The position numbers were made by a program, and so were the translations under genes. From Trichosphaerium sp. ATCC 40318 (Eukaryota; Protista; Tubulinea): DNA of 64,000 bases. Numbering within the stretch: the stretch's first letter is position 1; each line of letters opens with the position of its first letter. The notes beneath the pieces are model-generated. The model had not been told where the DNA came from and did not search any database. It worked only from the letters and a program-made list of their open reading frames with translations. The stretch covers positions 198,982 through 262,981 of the forward strand of contig JALMLS010000514.1 of the NCBI GenBank assembly GCA_038496445.1, read 5' to 3'. Of the stretch, positions 13,142 through 26,700 are shown one piece after another.

Positions 13142-13750
13142 ATGGCTCATTTGATTCCAAAACCTCACTTTGAGCAGGCTGAAACTGCAGACGACGAATT
13201 CATGTGTCCAGTATGCTATGATCTATTTACCGACCCAGTTTCTCACATAACGTGTGAAAACACTTTCTGTCGTGATTGTTTAAACAAATGCGGTTTAAAC
13301 TGCCCAGTATGCCGAGGGCCGTTAAGAGGTAAGTGTAAAATTCAAACCACTACCAAAAACTGCTTATGAAATTAACACGCAGGCAGTAATTGCTTAGTTT
13401 AATTCATCTTTTGCGTCACCTGCAAATTCTTATTTATACTCTGCAGGAGCTATTCGCTATGTTCCCAGCCTGGTAACCAAGCTATTATCCAAAGTTAAAG
13501 GGACTTGTAGTGCCTGTAACAAGCTTATGACACGGTACAACATTTTATATCAAAAATAATCAATCTGACTTATTTTGGTAGTGAGCAATTTGCTGACCAT
13601 GTGACCTCTGACTGTGTTGTTACTGCTAATTACACAATACAGTTGCAAGCCAATCAAATTTCAGAGCTGACAGATGTCATAAGAGTACTACAAGATAAAC
13701 TTAATGTGGCCGAAATAAAAGTAAAGATGTTGGAGGACAACTTCTTATAG
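13142..13750 (+). CDS. C3HC4 RING + TRAF-type Zn finger + coiled coil E3 ligase (3 exons)
   Basis: CPVCYDLFTDPVSHITCENTFCRDCL...CPVCR, then CSAC...H...C, then a heptad-rich tail ending EDNFL*. Confidence 0.85.
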
Positions 13751-14027
13751 GAAGTATGGAGAGGTTAGTTTTACCAATTGCAATTATAAGCTTTAAGGTA
13801 ATAAATAAAACGTTCTACGTACAATGAAGACATTGCAAATGGATTGTGTGCTCAGTATTTTTTTGGACATGCTGAAGTTGCTGTTTTATTACGCATAGTT
13901 TATTACAAATTTGTAACAGTTGTCACCGTAAGAAGTCATTTTTGTATGTATAATACTATGACAATAAGTGTGAGAACTAAGTTGACTTTGGGGTTTTTTT
14001 GTTTTAAGTTTTTGAAACGGCAGAAGA

Positions 14028-14865
14028 ATGGCCACACAAAAGCTTGCTGTTGTAGTCGTTGACGACAAATACGAAACCCTCGAGTACCATTATCCTCGAT
14101 TGCGGTTAAAGGAAGCCGGTTTCAAGGTATACCTAATTAAATCAGTTAATTATCTATTTCTTCGCGTCATTATACCACGCTCTAATCTCTTGTAGGTTAT
14201 TGGCCTTGGTCCAAAGCCAAAAACCACGTACAAATCCAAAGCTGGTTACTGGGCCATTACTGATGACGCCAAGGTGGAAGATATCAACCCAAAAGGTTAA
14301 ACCGTTTATTCCTGAATAGTTGCTCTAACGCTTGTCTACAGACGTAGCAGTACTCGTTGTACCTGGTGGTTTTTGTACTGATCGCTTACGTCGCCTGGAG
14401 AGCTTCAAGAAGGTGAGTTTTCGCGTTATTGTGTATTTGCGCTTACTGTCCTCTCTAGTTCACTCGCGAATGTGTTGAAGCAGGCGCAGTATGTGGTTTT
14501 ATATGTCACGCTCATTGGCTACCTATTTCCGCTGGTGTACTCAAAGGTAAGGCTTTTTGATTTAGTACAAAAAAAAAATCAGTTAAAAAAATCTTTGTTT
14601 CTGGTTTCTCCGCTTCTGTTTTGCATGATGCTAACCACTCAACCAGGAAAACGTGTAACATCTTTCTTCGCAATCAAAGATGATATTGTAAACGCAGGAG
14701 CCGAATGGGTAGACGAGAAATGCGTCGTAGACGGCAATATGTACGTTTCTTTTTTTTTCTTTTTTTTCTCGTTTGGTTCTTACACGATTTCAAAATAGGG
14801 TAACCGCTCAGACACCAGAAGATTTACCAGCGTTTATGAAGGCAATATTAGAACTTGCAAAGTGA
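14028..14865 (+). CDS. DJ-1/PfpI family protein (PfpI/YhbO-type glyoxalase/deglycase), 6 exons
   Basis: DDKYETLEYHYPRLRLKEAG, LVVPGG, catalytic ICH (FICHAHW), GAEWVDEKCVVDGNM|VTAQTPEDLPAF. Confidence 0.9.
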
Positions 14866-15004
14866 TATTGTAAAAATAAACACTTCAGGTCAATCAATGA
14901 TTGTTAAACTGCTTTATTACGCTACATGTATATCAAGGCCACACGTTCATAGCGACCACTTCGCCTTTTGCGATGTTTTACGTATTGACGCCTGTTGACG
15001 TTTA

Positions 15005-17221
15005 ATGACACCTGGGATGGACGCAATCAGCGCATTACCTGCGGAAGTGCTTACTATAGTAGCTAGCTACTTCAAAACGTATAGTTTACTAGTATTACGC
15101 CGTGTGAGTACTCATTGGAAAGCAATATGCGAGAATTACTGTATTCTAACGTTAAAAATACCAATACAATCAAGTTATCAAAAAAAACGATTGATAAATC
15201 AAAAGCTAGCGCAGAAGATGGTTCTACCCAATCTAAAAGGTACCACTACTACAAATAACATCCTTTCGAGCGTATTAAAACAACAATGGCGCTATTCAAG
15301 CGTTTTGTAACTATCGTAACTGACAAAAAAAAGACAATGGAATTGCACGTTGTTTTTGAGTCAACTCTTCTCCCGAGTTACCAGTTTTGACACGTGACAA
15401 GATAACCTTTGCGTGTAGTCTTCGTTATCATTTATTTGATTGTTTGTATAGAGATAATAATAAGACGTGAATGTAACATGCATATCATTGATACAATATT
15501 AAGGTTCTGGACATACAAAAAGATAACAATTCTTGGTCTTTATTTGTTTCCTAAATATGACCTTTCTGATACCTTATCTGGTCTTCTTTTTAAGAATATC
15601 AATTCATTACATAATATAACAAGTCTGTATATTCAGAGAGGTTCATATTTCGATGATTTAGTCAAGCACAATATCAAATCAATGGAACACTTTACTCAGT
15701 TAACAGAACTGAGTTTAATTTGCAATCGTGCACTAGTTCTTGAACAAGTATTGATTAATTGTACAAAACTACAACTTCTAGAGGTACGTAATTTCATTGA
15801 GTATTAAATTATATGCACTTGACAAAAAACAAGAGGCCTCACGGGAGCGACTGATAATTCTTTAACGTTTCGTTTCTCAAAAAAAACTTCTTTTGGACTG
15901 TAAAATATCACGTGATTGCTCACATTTTTTTCATACTTTTTTATCGAAGTAGTTGTTAGGACATAAATAGTGTGGCTTTCTAACAAATTATTGTAGCTGT
16001 ATACGTTTAATAAAGCTGGTTCCAAGGAGAATTTTGAGTTGATGAACAACAATCTTACAAATCTTACGTCACTTTCAATAAGTAGTGCAGGAGATAACAC
16101 AATACTAAACAGTGCAATAAGTCACTTAACATCGCTTAAAAACGTAGAAACATTCACCACATGGTATGTTGTCTTTTAACAAAGCAACCTCGCTTTTGTT
16201 GCTACCTCTTTTTTTTACTTTTTGGACTTATAATTTTCAGGAATAGAGTCTCTAGTGAACACGTCTCACAAATATTTACACAGTTTCCTCAGTTAACGAA
16301 AATATCATTGCTAAGTAGTCAGCAAGACCCTAAAGTTTTACAAAGTTTTGAGGTACAGTACCACAACTGGTTTGACATCACAAAACAAAAGCGAGTACTT
16401 AATTAAATGTTGTTTAGACTAAAACTCAGATAAAGTCATGTAGTATTTGTATACCTTCAACAGATGTAGACTTTTCTTTTGCTTATACACCATGGCTAAC
16501 ATCTCTCAATGGATTAGACATCAAGGTACAAATGACATATTTCAAGAGATGATTATAGTTTTCTTACAAGTTCTAGTCATTGAGACTTGACCTTGCTTCA
16601 TTATCGCCATTAACAGACATAAACAAAGATATAGCAGAAAAATTTATATCATCGTATAAGCATGTATCATATCTAGACTTGGTTGAGCCGTGTAGAGTAG
16701 GCAAGAGTTTGCTTAGTTTAACAAAATTAACAACATTGAAAATGAAAAATTGGATAAACTTTGATGACATACCATGGTCTATAAGATCACTATCATTAAC
16801 GAATACTCCTTTTGTTGATACTCATTATGTATATGAATGTAAAATTGGACCATTCACTCATCTTACAAGGCTTCAAAATTTGCAAATTAAAAATACTTCA
16901 AAGATTGGTATAAATATAGCTGAAATCACAAAACAACTGGCTTCAGAAGTACCGACACTCAATTCTCTTTGCTTCATAGGATTTACTGATAAGCACGTGA
17001 TTTTTTCTTACCTTTTTAACTGACTTTCTATTTTTCACGTGATAAAAGTTTTTGTTAATTTGTTGAATAGGTTCTTTTGCTCTAATCTCAAATTATTTAC
17101 TCATTTGGATACCCTTGTTTTCAAGAAGTGTACAATTGTTACTCAAGTGTTGAATGTGCTAAGAAGGAGACTACCAAATGTGTCAATAATCTACAACACA
17201 GACTACAATAGAGTGCACTAA
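15005..17221 (+). CDS. F-box/LRR protein (multi-exon)
   Basis: ISALPAEVLTIVASY...LRRVSTHWK F-box; LRR-like segments (FTQLTELSL, LTNLTSLSI, LTKLTTLKM, LTRLQNLQI). Confidence 0.75.
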
Positions 17222-17399
17222 TTCAGATACAGTCATTTAAAGGTATGGAAGCAATCAGGCAGTAGCCAAGATTGCATTAATGTTATTTTTCTGGCAATAA
17301 AAAGCTTACTTAAAGTCATGTACTTCTCAGATGTTGTTTCAATTCAATAAATTGACTACATTGCTCCAACAAAATCGTGAAGTACAGAGTTTATTCGGT

Positions 17400-18678
17400 C
17401 AAAAGTCAACGTTGGTTCAAGGCCGAATGTGAGTATTACAGCCATTGCAAAAAAAACTGTAACCACAAACCTGAAGCCTTTTATCTGTGTAAACAATTGT
17501 AATGGTTACTGGGACACGAATGGTTTTTTGTTTTTCTGAGGCGTTACATATTTATAAGTATCTACTCTAGGTCCAGGAGGGCACACTAATTCTATACAAT
17601 CTGATTCCCGATCTGTCATAGCAAAGAAATTCCATTTCTCGTATTGTTTTTTCTTTAAAGGCATAGTTAATCTACCTATTTGCAAACATTAATAAAATCG
17701 TCTTCCTGTGTTGATATACAATTCATACCAACTTCAGTTCCATTGAAATAAAATGCTACTTCTCTTTTTTCAAGGTCCATAAGTACACCTATTTTATCAC
17801 CACTGCTATATGTTGGTACAACTTTTCTATCTTCTCGAATGCCTTTCCCCAAATACTCAAAAGTATACCTGCACTATAAAAGGGTTAAAAATGTATGTGG
17901 ATATTCAAGGTACATACTTATCTACATATGCTATTGTATTGGGATGTGTGTTTATACTCCAACCTTCAACCTACAAAGCTACGACTTAAAATCATGACTT
18001 TCCTTAACACTTTACTAAAAATAGGATTTGGATTTATTTTTGTTTTGTACCTTTTGAAGTGCTTCACTGTTATTGGTAACGCCTAACCACATTTCATCGT
18101 ACATGGAGATGATATTAAACTCGATATACCTGACCCCAGCCATCATATCAGGCTTTACAATTGCAATAGTTGCATCTGGGTGATTGCCTTTTTTAATAAT
18201 TCTATGACAGAATTGTCCTTCGAAAGTCAAGTGTTGAGCGTTTATCGAAGAGTCGAATTGAAACTCAGTCTTTAAAGGGGTTTTAGTCAAATAGCCGTAC
18301 AAATGAACCAATACGTACCATTGCTTTATACCAGGCTTTCCAACCATTAGTAGACGCATCAATAGGTTCTAATGTTAGAGTTTAGCTTAAATAACTTAAA
18401 ACAGTCCATACGTGTACAATGAGGGCGCCAAATACTATTTTCAGACGCTGCTACGCACCATTGCTTCGAAACTGTTGATATTTGTCCAAGCTTGTTTACT
18501 GGTACGAAAGATAGAATGTGTACAAACATTTCGTATGGTAGTGCTGTATAGAAGAATTAAAAGAGGTAAAAAGAAGAAAATTGCAAAATGGTGCTACAGG
18601 ACTCTGCTAGCGTCTGCATTGTGTTTATTTTGTAAAAATACCATCTAGACTATCTACAGTTTGATCAGGAGCTGCCAT
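17400..18678 (-). CDS. F-box + SPRY(B30.2) domain protein (FBXO45/Fsn-like architecture)
   Basis: MAAPDQTVDSLD|ALPYEMFVHILSFVP...ISTVSKQW...SENSIW F-box (about 18420-18545); SPRY motifs RYIEFNI...MWLGVT and YSSGDKIGVLMDLEKREVAFYFNG. The 3' end is approximate. Confidence 0.75.
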
Positions 18679-19242
18679 TGTTGCTTATGTTGACGACGCT
18701 TTTAAATAAAACTGATTCAATGAATGCTATCAACGGTGATATTCTTGTATGTACGTTCACCTAAGTATTAGATTCTACGCGAACAAATTTCAATATTTGC
18801 CTTCAGCACGTGTTTACCACGTGTGTGTATAGATTAATTTTTAGTTTCACCAGTATTGTTTGGTGAGGAGGATACCTCTACTGAGTACAATATTGCTTTG
18901 CTCTACATTACTTGCTTTCCAATTTCTTTTGTCTGCTTCCATAGTTTGTACTATGATACAACACCAACTTCCATACAGCCTCATATTTCAATATGAAGGT
19001 GGTGAATGCAATACAACAGTCGTTCATTAGGTGTCACAAGCTCGTGAGACAATGCAAAAGAAGTGGAAAAAATTGTCAAAATCCGCCTGAAAAATAAAAA
19101 AAGTGCAAGTCGTTAGTCTACTTCGTATCAGTTACTCCTTATGAAATGACACGTTTATTTTAGATACACATGTGATGAAAAGGCTGTTGTTGGTTGCATT
19201 GAGTTAAAAACCAGCTTGGTACACTGTTCTGTAATTTGTACT

Positions 19243-19976
19243 TTACTTTTTTTTCAACTCCTTTATCTGCTCCTTTAGTTGTTTTACTTCAGATATCAAT
19301 GCTTCAAAGCACTTTGTGCATCCGAATAGTCCTGCATGTCCATCCCTGAAACAATACTCACAATAGGCTGCTTCTTTACAATAAAGGCACCAAATGACCT
19401 TATAGCACTCGTCCGAACAACCATAGCACCGATCCCACTTTGAACCTAAGTGATGTTAATCAGTATGGGTATCCGCTGGAATTACACATACATATTGGAC
19501 ATGTTCCAGAAGGGCACAGATTAAATGCCACGTGGCATTTAAAACAAGTAAAACCTTTGCAAAACGGCTTATCAAAATATGAATCGTAAATTTCCGTATC
19601 GATGTCATATTCTTTTTTGCAAACCCAACAGTACCTACATAAATCAGGTTTTACAACGTAAGTATAAACATCCAAGGTATACGCACTTGAAAATAAAGCA
19701 ACACTTCCAGAGTGGAAGGTGTTTTTCAAAAATATCCAAACGATAGGACCTGCAAGCCTTATGCTCAGCAAAGAATGTGTATGCTTGTTGAAACTTTTTT
19801 TTCCAAAAGAGATTACTGCGAAATAAAGCACTAAACTGCTTGTTTGCGCAACTAAAGCGATCAAGTGCGATTTCATCCAAACTATCAGCAATAAGCATCC
19901 ACATCTCTGTAGGAAGTTTATTAGCGACTAAAGAGCATTTATCGAATGAGGCTCGTTTTTTAGCTTTAGGTTCCAT
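19243..19976 (-). CDS. F-box protein with Cys-rich (multiple CxxC) C-terminus and short coiled coil, 3 exons
   Basis: LPTEMWMLIADSLD...SCANKQF F-box. Two GT-AG introns (about 19635-19687 and 19446-19491) join the frames: FK|YCWVC and PI|CSKWDRC. Ends ELKKK*. Confidence 0.75.
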
Positions 19977-20297
19977 TGTTTGGCCGCTAGATGCTTTTTT
20001 AGTTAAAAGGCAAAGAGAACTGCTTTATAATACGCTAAAGAATTTGCCAAATACTTTTCTTGACGTGCTTCTGTAATCTCATCTCTCAGATTGTGCATAG
20101 ATTGACATGCATTTGCATGTCATATTCCTAATTTTTTCTGTTTTTTTTCAGTTAAATCCCGAGGCTTCAGCGGAATTAGCGTTGACGTACGTTTGACTGT
20201 TTGTATTCTAACTACAATTAATATCAAGTATATGACGTACGTCATCCTTGAGCGCGGGATCCTACACAGTAAAAAGATGTATTCGGGGTGTTCCACG

Positions 20298-20342
20298 CTC
20301 GTTTTTAGCTTTAGGTTCCATTGTTTGACTGCTTAGATGCTG
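20298..20342 (-). repeat. Short degenerate duplication of the 5' end of the 19243-19976 F-box gene
   Basis: gctcgtttttagctttaggttccattgtttg...agatgct closely matches 19951-19995. Confidence 0.7.
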
Positions 20343-20799
20343 TGTTAGTTGAAGTATTGTAATCAGATATTTCCAACTCATACATGTAATTGTTTTTCGC
20401 TTGTAGACCTTGTACTGGTTCCTATATTGCTACTTACTAATCTTGTTAAGAGTAAACCAGATGCTACAACAGGAAGTCGACTGTAGAAGATGTAGTACGT
20501 CTATACAAAGCTGATCAAAGGGAAAAGTACAAATTTTTTGATAATTTTAATTTATTGTTTATGTACATTTTTCACAGTTATTTTTCTTAGTGGGTCTTTG
20601 TATTTACATAGGTGGTTGTGTTGGTTTCTTTGCAGGTGCAGCCGTCTATTGCGAAATAAAAAATCAGCTTCAGTTCAAGAGAGGAACAAAAAAAACTCAA
20701 AAGAAAAAATCAAGCTTGATGTTTTGAAAACGTTTGACGACTTTGTCGCTTTTTCCGCTTCAATATCACGTGCGCTCAACGTTAATATAATATATTGTA

Positions 20800-23700
20800 T
20801 TAACTATAATAACGTACCCAAGACCAACCAAAAGTAGGAATAATACTAGCAGGTTGAGCTTCCTGTCTCTTCTTTTTTATAAGCTCCATCTCTTCAGGTG
20901 AAAATTGTAAAATCTTTGAAATTACAGGAAGAAGAGCCTCATGCTTCTCATTTGTCATATAGTTAATAATAACATTCTTTAAATACTCCATATCAGCATT
21001 TTCTCTATTACAAGAACGCTCCAAACGACGTATTTCTTCCTTCAATGCAGATTGTTGCATAGTATGCAAATTAACAAGTTTCTTGCTATCATGGAGTTCA
21101 ACTTGTAGCTCTTCCAGCTGACGCCTAAGAACCTGCATCTCTCCATCACGTACTGCCTAAGCAAATTTTTAACCCATATACTGCAACAAAAACAAGAAGG
21201 TAAATGAGCGTACTTGAAGTCGAGCAAAATGTAAAATATCAGAGTTGTCTGGTTTTTCGGATGCATCTTCAGATTGACGTGGAGTTGTAGGTGCACCTGT
21301 GACGTCATCAATATATCACTTTGTCTTATAAACGTACTAGGTGGTTTAATTTGCATAGAAAGAAGCTCAATACGATCCTTAAGGTTAGCAACTTCTCTAT
21401 CTTTTGCCTCCATCATCTGGAATTAAAACTGTTAAAAACACGTGGAAAATGTTTACGAAAAGAATTGTTTAGTGGCGGTTTTTTTACCTTTGCAGCTTGT
21501 TCTTTGTACTGTGTTAGCTGCGTCTGTATGCTACCCATAGCCTCCTCACTCTTTATATTAATTTCAGAGAGTACTAGTAACGATACGTTAAACACAACAC
21601 TAGAAAATAATAACATACTCTTCTTATGTTTTTCTTGAAGTTCTGAATATTTTTCTCTAACTTTCAACGTTTTAGCTTTAAGCAAAGCTTCTTTTTGAGC
21701 AAAACTGAGTAACCCATGCTCATGCTTCTTCTCTAAGTCTGAGTGCTGAGTCTTAAGAACTTCTAACTCAGCTTTAGACTTGAGCAAGTCAGCAGTAGAA
21801 TCATTGAGCACTTGATTATCACTAAACACAGAAAGTTATTTAAAAAAATATAAAAAGGGTTTTGTTTACCTCTTCAAACTATCAATCTCAGATGACATAG
21901 CAGAAAGCTTTGCACGTAATTTCTGTGTCAACATATCATCTTCATCGCCTTCTACATTATCTACTGAAGAATCTATTTCTTCAGCTTGCTTCTGAGCCAT
22001 TTTTGTTTGTTGTAACATCGCCGCATTTGCTCGTGCTCTGTATGTCTTGAATTCATGTGCAGTTTTTGCTGATTCCTCCTCAAGGGTACGAAGCTTTGAC
22101 TCCTAGTTTTAATCATTAGCACACACAGGTACCTATAGAATACGCTGACATACATAAGCAAGCTCACGCTCTCTTTGAGAGCGAGCTAAAAGTCTAATTT
22201 TAGCATCAAGTTCTTCCTTCAGTTTAGCAGCTACAGCATGATCGATACTGCTCTGAAGCGATCTCTCCATAGTCTCCAAGTCAACTGTTAACTTGTGGTT
22301 CTTCTAAATGGTTGCATTAGCCTGAGGAAAAAACCCAACAAGGATGGAAACATAACAAGAAAAAAAATCAGAACAAAAACGTACTTTTTGATATTGGTTG
22401 ACTTGTTTCTCACGTTTTTGAACTTGCTTTCGTAACTCTGTTATAGAATTGTTTGCACGTCCCAAAAGCATACCAAGGCGCTTCATCTTAGCCTCAAGAG
22501 CAGTAGCTTTTCCTTTATTGGCATCTAATTTACAGTTAACAAAGTTGAGCTAAAGGAATATCTATTACCAGCTTCCTGGCTCTCAGCAGCGGTTGTGAGT
22601 TCTCTCAAGTTAGCTATCTGCTTGGTAGCAATACCTAATTCTTGTTCAAGGTTATTAGCCTTAGAAGTAGTCTCCTAGAAGTAATCTTTAGTAACAGAAA
22701 GTGAGATAGCTAGAATTGAACCTGTAAGTTTGATTTGAGTGCACTCAATGCAGCGTCTCGAGAATTGATGCTATCAGACATCTCTTGGAGTTTATCTTCT
22801 GCTTCCTTGAGAAGAGAATCTTTCATCTCAAGCAAGTTTTGTAACTACAACAGAGCGTGAGTGTAAAGTAAAACGGGTATTGATTCAAAGAAAAAAGAAA
22901 TATACGAACCTCAGCAGAGTCTTTAGGAAGCGTGCTTGACTCTTCAAGCTGCTTCTCCAACTCTTGGATCTTCTCATCATACTCAACCTGAAGCGTTTGA
23001 ATTTCTTCTATATGCTGCGCTCTTAGTTGTTGCATCTCGCTTTTTGCTGACTCCAAATGTGTCGCTGATGTTTCCTTGTGAAGTTTATGGTCATTCTTTA
23101 ATGTCTCAACATGAGTATTCAAGGATTGAACGTGTTCCTCATGCTTAGCAAGAGTATCTTGGTGAGCAGCATGTAATGCATCAGCACGTGCTTGTTCTTC
23201 TCTATGCTTTTGAGATAACTCTTCATGAGTTGCTTGTAGAGTGTCATGAACAGCTTGAAGCTCAAGAATTTTGCTTTCGCTTTGCTCTTGTTGTGTACTT
23301 GCTTCTTCTCTTGCTTTCTCAAGTTGGGACTTAACCTTCTTGTATCCCATCTGGAATTTCTTTAAGCTTTCCTTTTTAGCCTGCGCTTCAGCCTGAACGA
23401 AACAAGTAAGCAACAAAAAACATACAAGTCAAAAAATCTTACAGCCATTTCCTCAGCAGTTTTCTTATGCTTCTCAGACTCAGCTTTAAGTGTTGATAGC
23501 TGCTCTTTATGATCATCTAACTGTTTCTGTACTAGTTCCAGTTGAGCCTAGAGGCATAACTTAGATAGTTCTTCATGGAACTTCAAGACCCAAACAAAGA
23601 GCTACGAACCTGTGACTCCTTGATTGCTTTCACATGAGCATTTTTATCTCCTTCAAGCACACTAGACTTATCTTTATGCTCAGCAAGTTCTATCTTGTGA

Positions 23701-26700
23701 GACTCTAGTTCAGCCTTATGCTTCTCAATATCCTTCAACAAAGCAGCTTTGTGCTCTTGTTCACTCTTTATCTCACTATCTAGCTTCTTAGCACGACTTG
23801 CTTCTTCTTCAAGACGTTTTTCCATCGCAGCTTTTTCTGCTAAAGCTTCTTCATGGGCTGTAGTCTTATCTTCAAGCTGCTTCTTGTACTAGAACTCGTA
23901 TTAGCACAACATCAAGTTAATACCCTTTTTTTACCTTGCCAAGAGCTTCTTGGGCTTGACTGAGCAATTGTTTGCGGTTCTCAAGTTTTGATTGTGTTCT
24001 TGCTATTTGTTGTTTATGTTTTTCTTCGAGTGTTTTCATTTCTTCTTCCTTTGCAGTCAATTCTTTAAGAGCTGCAGCTGCACGCTCATCATGTAGCTTC
24101 ATTTGCTCCTTCAAAGCAGCTTTTGCTTCTTCTTCAGAGGTCTGAGCGGCAACCAAAGCTTCCTAGAGTTATGTTAAAGCAGAGGTACTTTAGCGCTCAT
24201 AAAACACTTACTTTAATCTTTGATATGGCTTCACTTTCTGTGTCTTGAGCAAGCTTTAATTGAGCTTCTAGAGCAACTACACGTTCCTCATGTGCACTAG
24301 AGACATCTTGATGAGCACGTTTGGCAGTTTCTATTTCCTCTGTCATCATAGCTGTGTGTTCTTCCAAAGTCTTTTCAGCGGTCATCAACGCTTCTTTAAG
24401 CTGCTTGATTTCTTCTTCTTGAGATTCTGCTCTGGCTTCAAATTCTTGTACCATGGTTTCATGCGCCTTAGTAGCAACTTCTTTCGCTGTTACGGCTTCA
24501 TGCAAGAGCTCCTAAAACAAGTTAGCTCGTAAACCAAAAAAATGAACAAAAAGCACCTTTAATTTGTCAAACTCAACTTTCGCCTTTTCTTTGTCTTGTT
24601 GCATCTGTCTCTCTTGTAGTTTGGTTTTTCCTTCGACTTCATGTAGCTTTATAGATAACTGGGAGTGTTCCTCAGATAGTACTTGATACTTCTCAGAGGC
24701 ATCTTGAATCTGAGAACGCATCTTTTCTTCTTCCTCAGAAGCGCTCTTTTGTGAACTTTCCAAAGTAGATTTGACATTCACAAGCTCGCGCTCCAGTACC
24801 TTTAGCTTATCTTCAAGCTTCTCGGCTTCTTCCTTAGCATTATCCTTATGAACTCTTATTTCTTTTTCTTTATCACGTATTTGCTCTTGAGCAGCTGTTA
24901 AAGCATCCTCAGCTTCCTTGATACGCTCATCAAAATGGGTTTGCTGCACGGATAACTTTTGAGACATATCATCGGCCAACTTTGCCTTCTCTGAAGCATG
25001 TTCTTGCTCTGCATTATCCAATTCACGTTGAAGTTCCTCCAAAGCCTTCTCATGAACATCTTTTTTAGATTCAAAGTCCTTAACGGTTTCTTCAAGCTTA
25101 ACTTCAGCCTCACCAAGGTTTTTCTTTGTTCTATCAAGTTCTTCTTCTAAGGTAACACGTTCATTCTTCTCCTTATGTGCTTGCTCTTCTAGTTTCTCAA
25201 TCTCAGCAACAGAACTAGTCTTCTCAGCCTCTAATTGATTCCTTAAAGATTCAAGCTCTTCTTGGAGATTATTAAGTGTGTCAAGTTTATCTTGATCCTC
25301 GCTCATCTGACCAGACTTTCGAAGAAAAAAAAATTAGAAATAAGGAACACTTCAAAGCGTTCTTCTTCTTCTAGCTTACCTGCAACTTTTGCAATGCGTA
25401 TCTAACATCATCGTTCTCTTTCTTAAGTTCATCTTCACTCTTTTTCTTTTCTTCTTTAATCTCTTCAATGCGACTAATAAGACTTGCAATCTCTTGATCA
25501 CCATGAATAACTTTACGATTTTCTTCTTCAAGTTTATCTTCAAGTGTCCTCACACTAACCTTAACTTCCTCTAACTGCTTCTCTATAGCTTCATACTCTT
25601 CTTGAGCCTTCTTAGAAGCTTCTTCTGCCTCTTCACCTTTTGTAACATGTAAGGCAATCTTCTCATTCAAAGCGGAAACTTCTTGTTCAGAGAACGCAAT
25701 CTTATTATTCAACTCCTCTTCCTCAATCTTCCAATCTTTAATCTTTAGTTCTGAAGCTTCTAACTTTCTCTCCAAGTCGTCAACTTGGGTTAAAATACTC
25801 TCTTTCTCAGCCTTAAGACTTGTAGACTCTTTCTCCATATCGGCAATCTTCTCATTCAAATCTGCAATCTCCTGCTTCGCACCATCAACAGAACGTTGTA
25901 GTTCTTCTGTTTGAAGCTGTAACTGCTTAGACTTAGACTCAGCGTTTGCTGCAATCTCTTTAGTTTCTTGTTGTTGAGCAAGGAGACGTGTTTTCTCCGC
26001 TTGAGCAATTGTTTCAAGAGCTTCAACTTTCAAAGTTAACCCTTCAATTGTCGCATCTTTAGTGGCGAGTTCTTGATTCTCAGAGTTAAGATTAGAAAGC
26101 TGATTCTTGTATTCCTCAATAGTTTTTTCCAGCTTGGCGTTGTTAGCTTGAGTTTCAACAAGTTTTTTTTTGAAGCTATTAACCTCCGTTTTCGCTGATT
26201 CCAGCGCTTCTGATTGTGCTTTGTATTTTTCCAATTCTTGTTCTCTGGCACTGAGCGTTACTAAAGGTAGCATGAGATACTTGTGTGCAGCTACAACGTT
26301 ATCATTTACGTAAAAAGAAAAAGGTAAAACGAATGAAGGTGTTAAAAGCAAAAGGCTTATCTGGGAGTCGAACCCAGGACCTCCCGCTTACTAGGCGGGC
26401 GCAATAACCAACTATGCTAACAAGCCATTACTGATGACTTTTTACCTAGTACCAAGTCGACCGATCATTTACAACATAACTAATCAATCAAATACAGAGA
26501 GATTGGGCTTTTTTCACCAGTAAAAATCAGTCAACTGGTTTTAGGTAAAAAGTCATCAGTAATGGCTTGTTAGCATAGTTGGTTATTGCGCCCGCCTAGT
26601 AAGCGGGAGGAAACTGATGTGACCTTGTTGCAACAATGTTTAGATTGTCAATCAGTACCTTTTACTTCTTCCATTTTACCCCTCATTTCCTCTACAGCTG

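Noticed and set aside
19460-19976. Apparent frameshifts or pseudogene in the Cys-rich F-box gene
   Set aside because: Two canonical introns restore a continuous reading frame.
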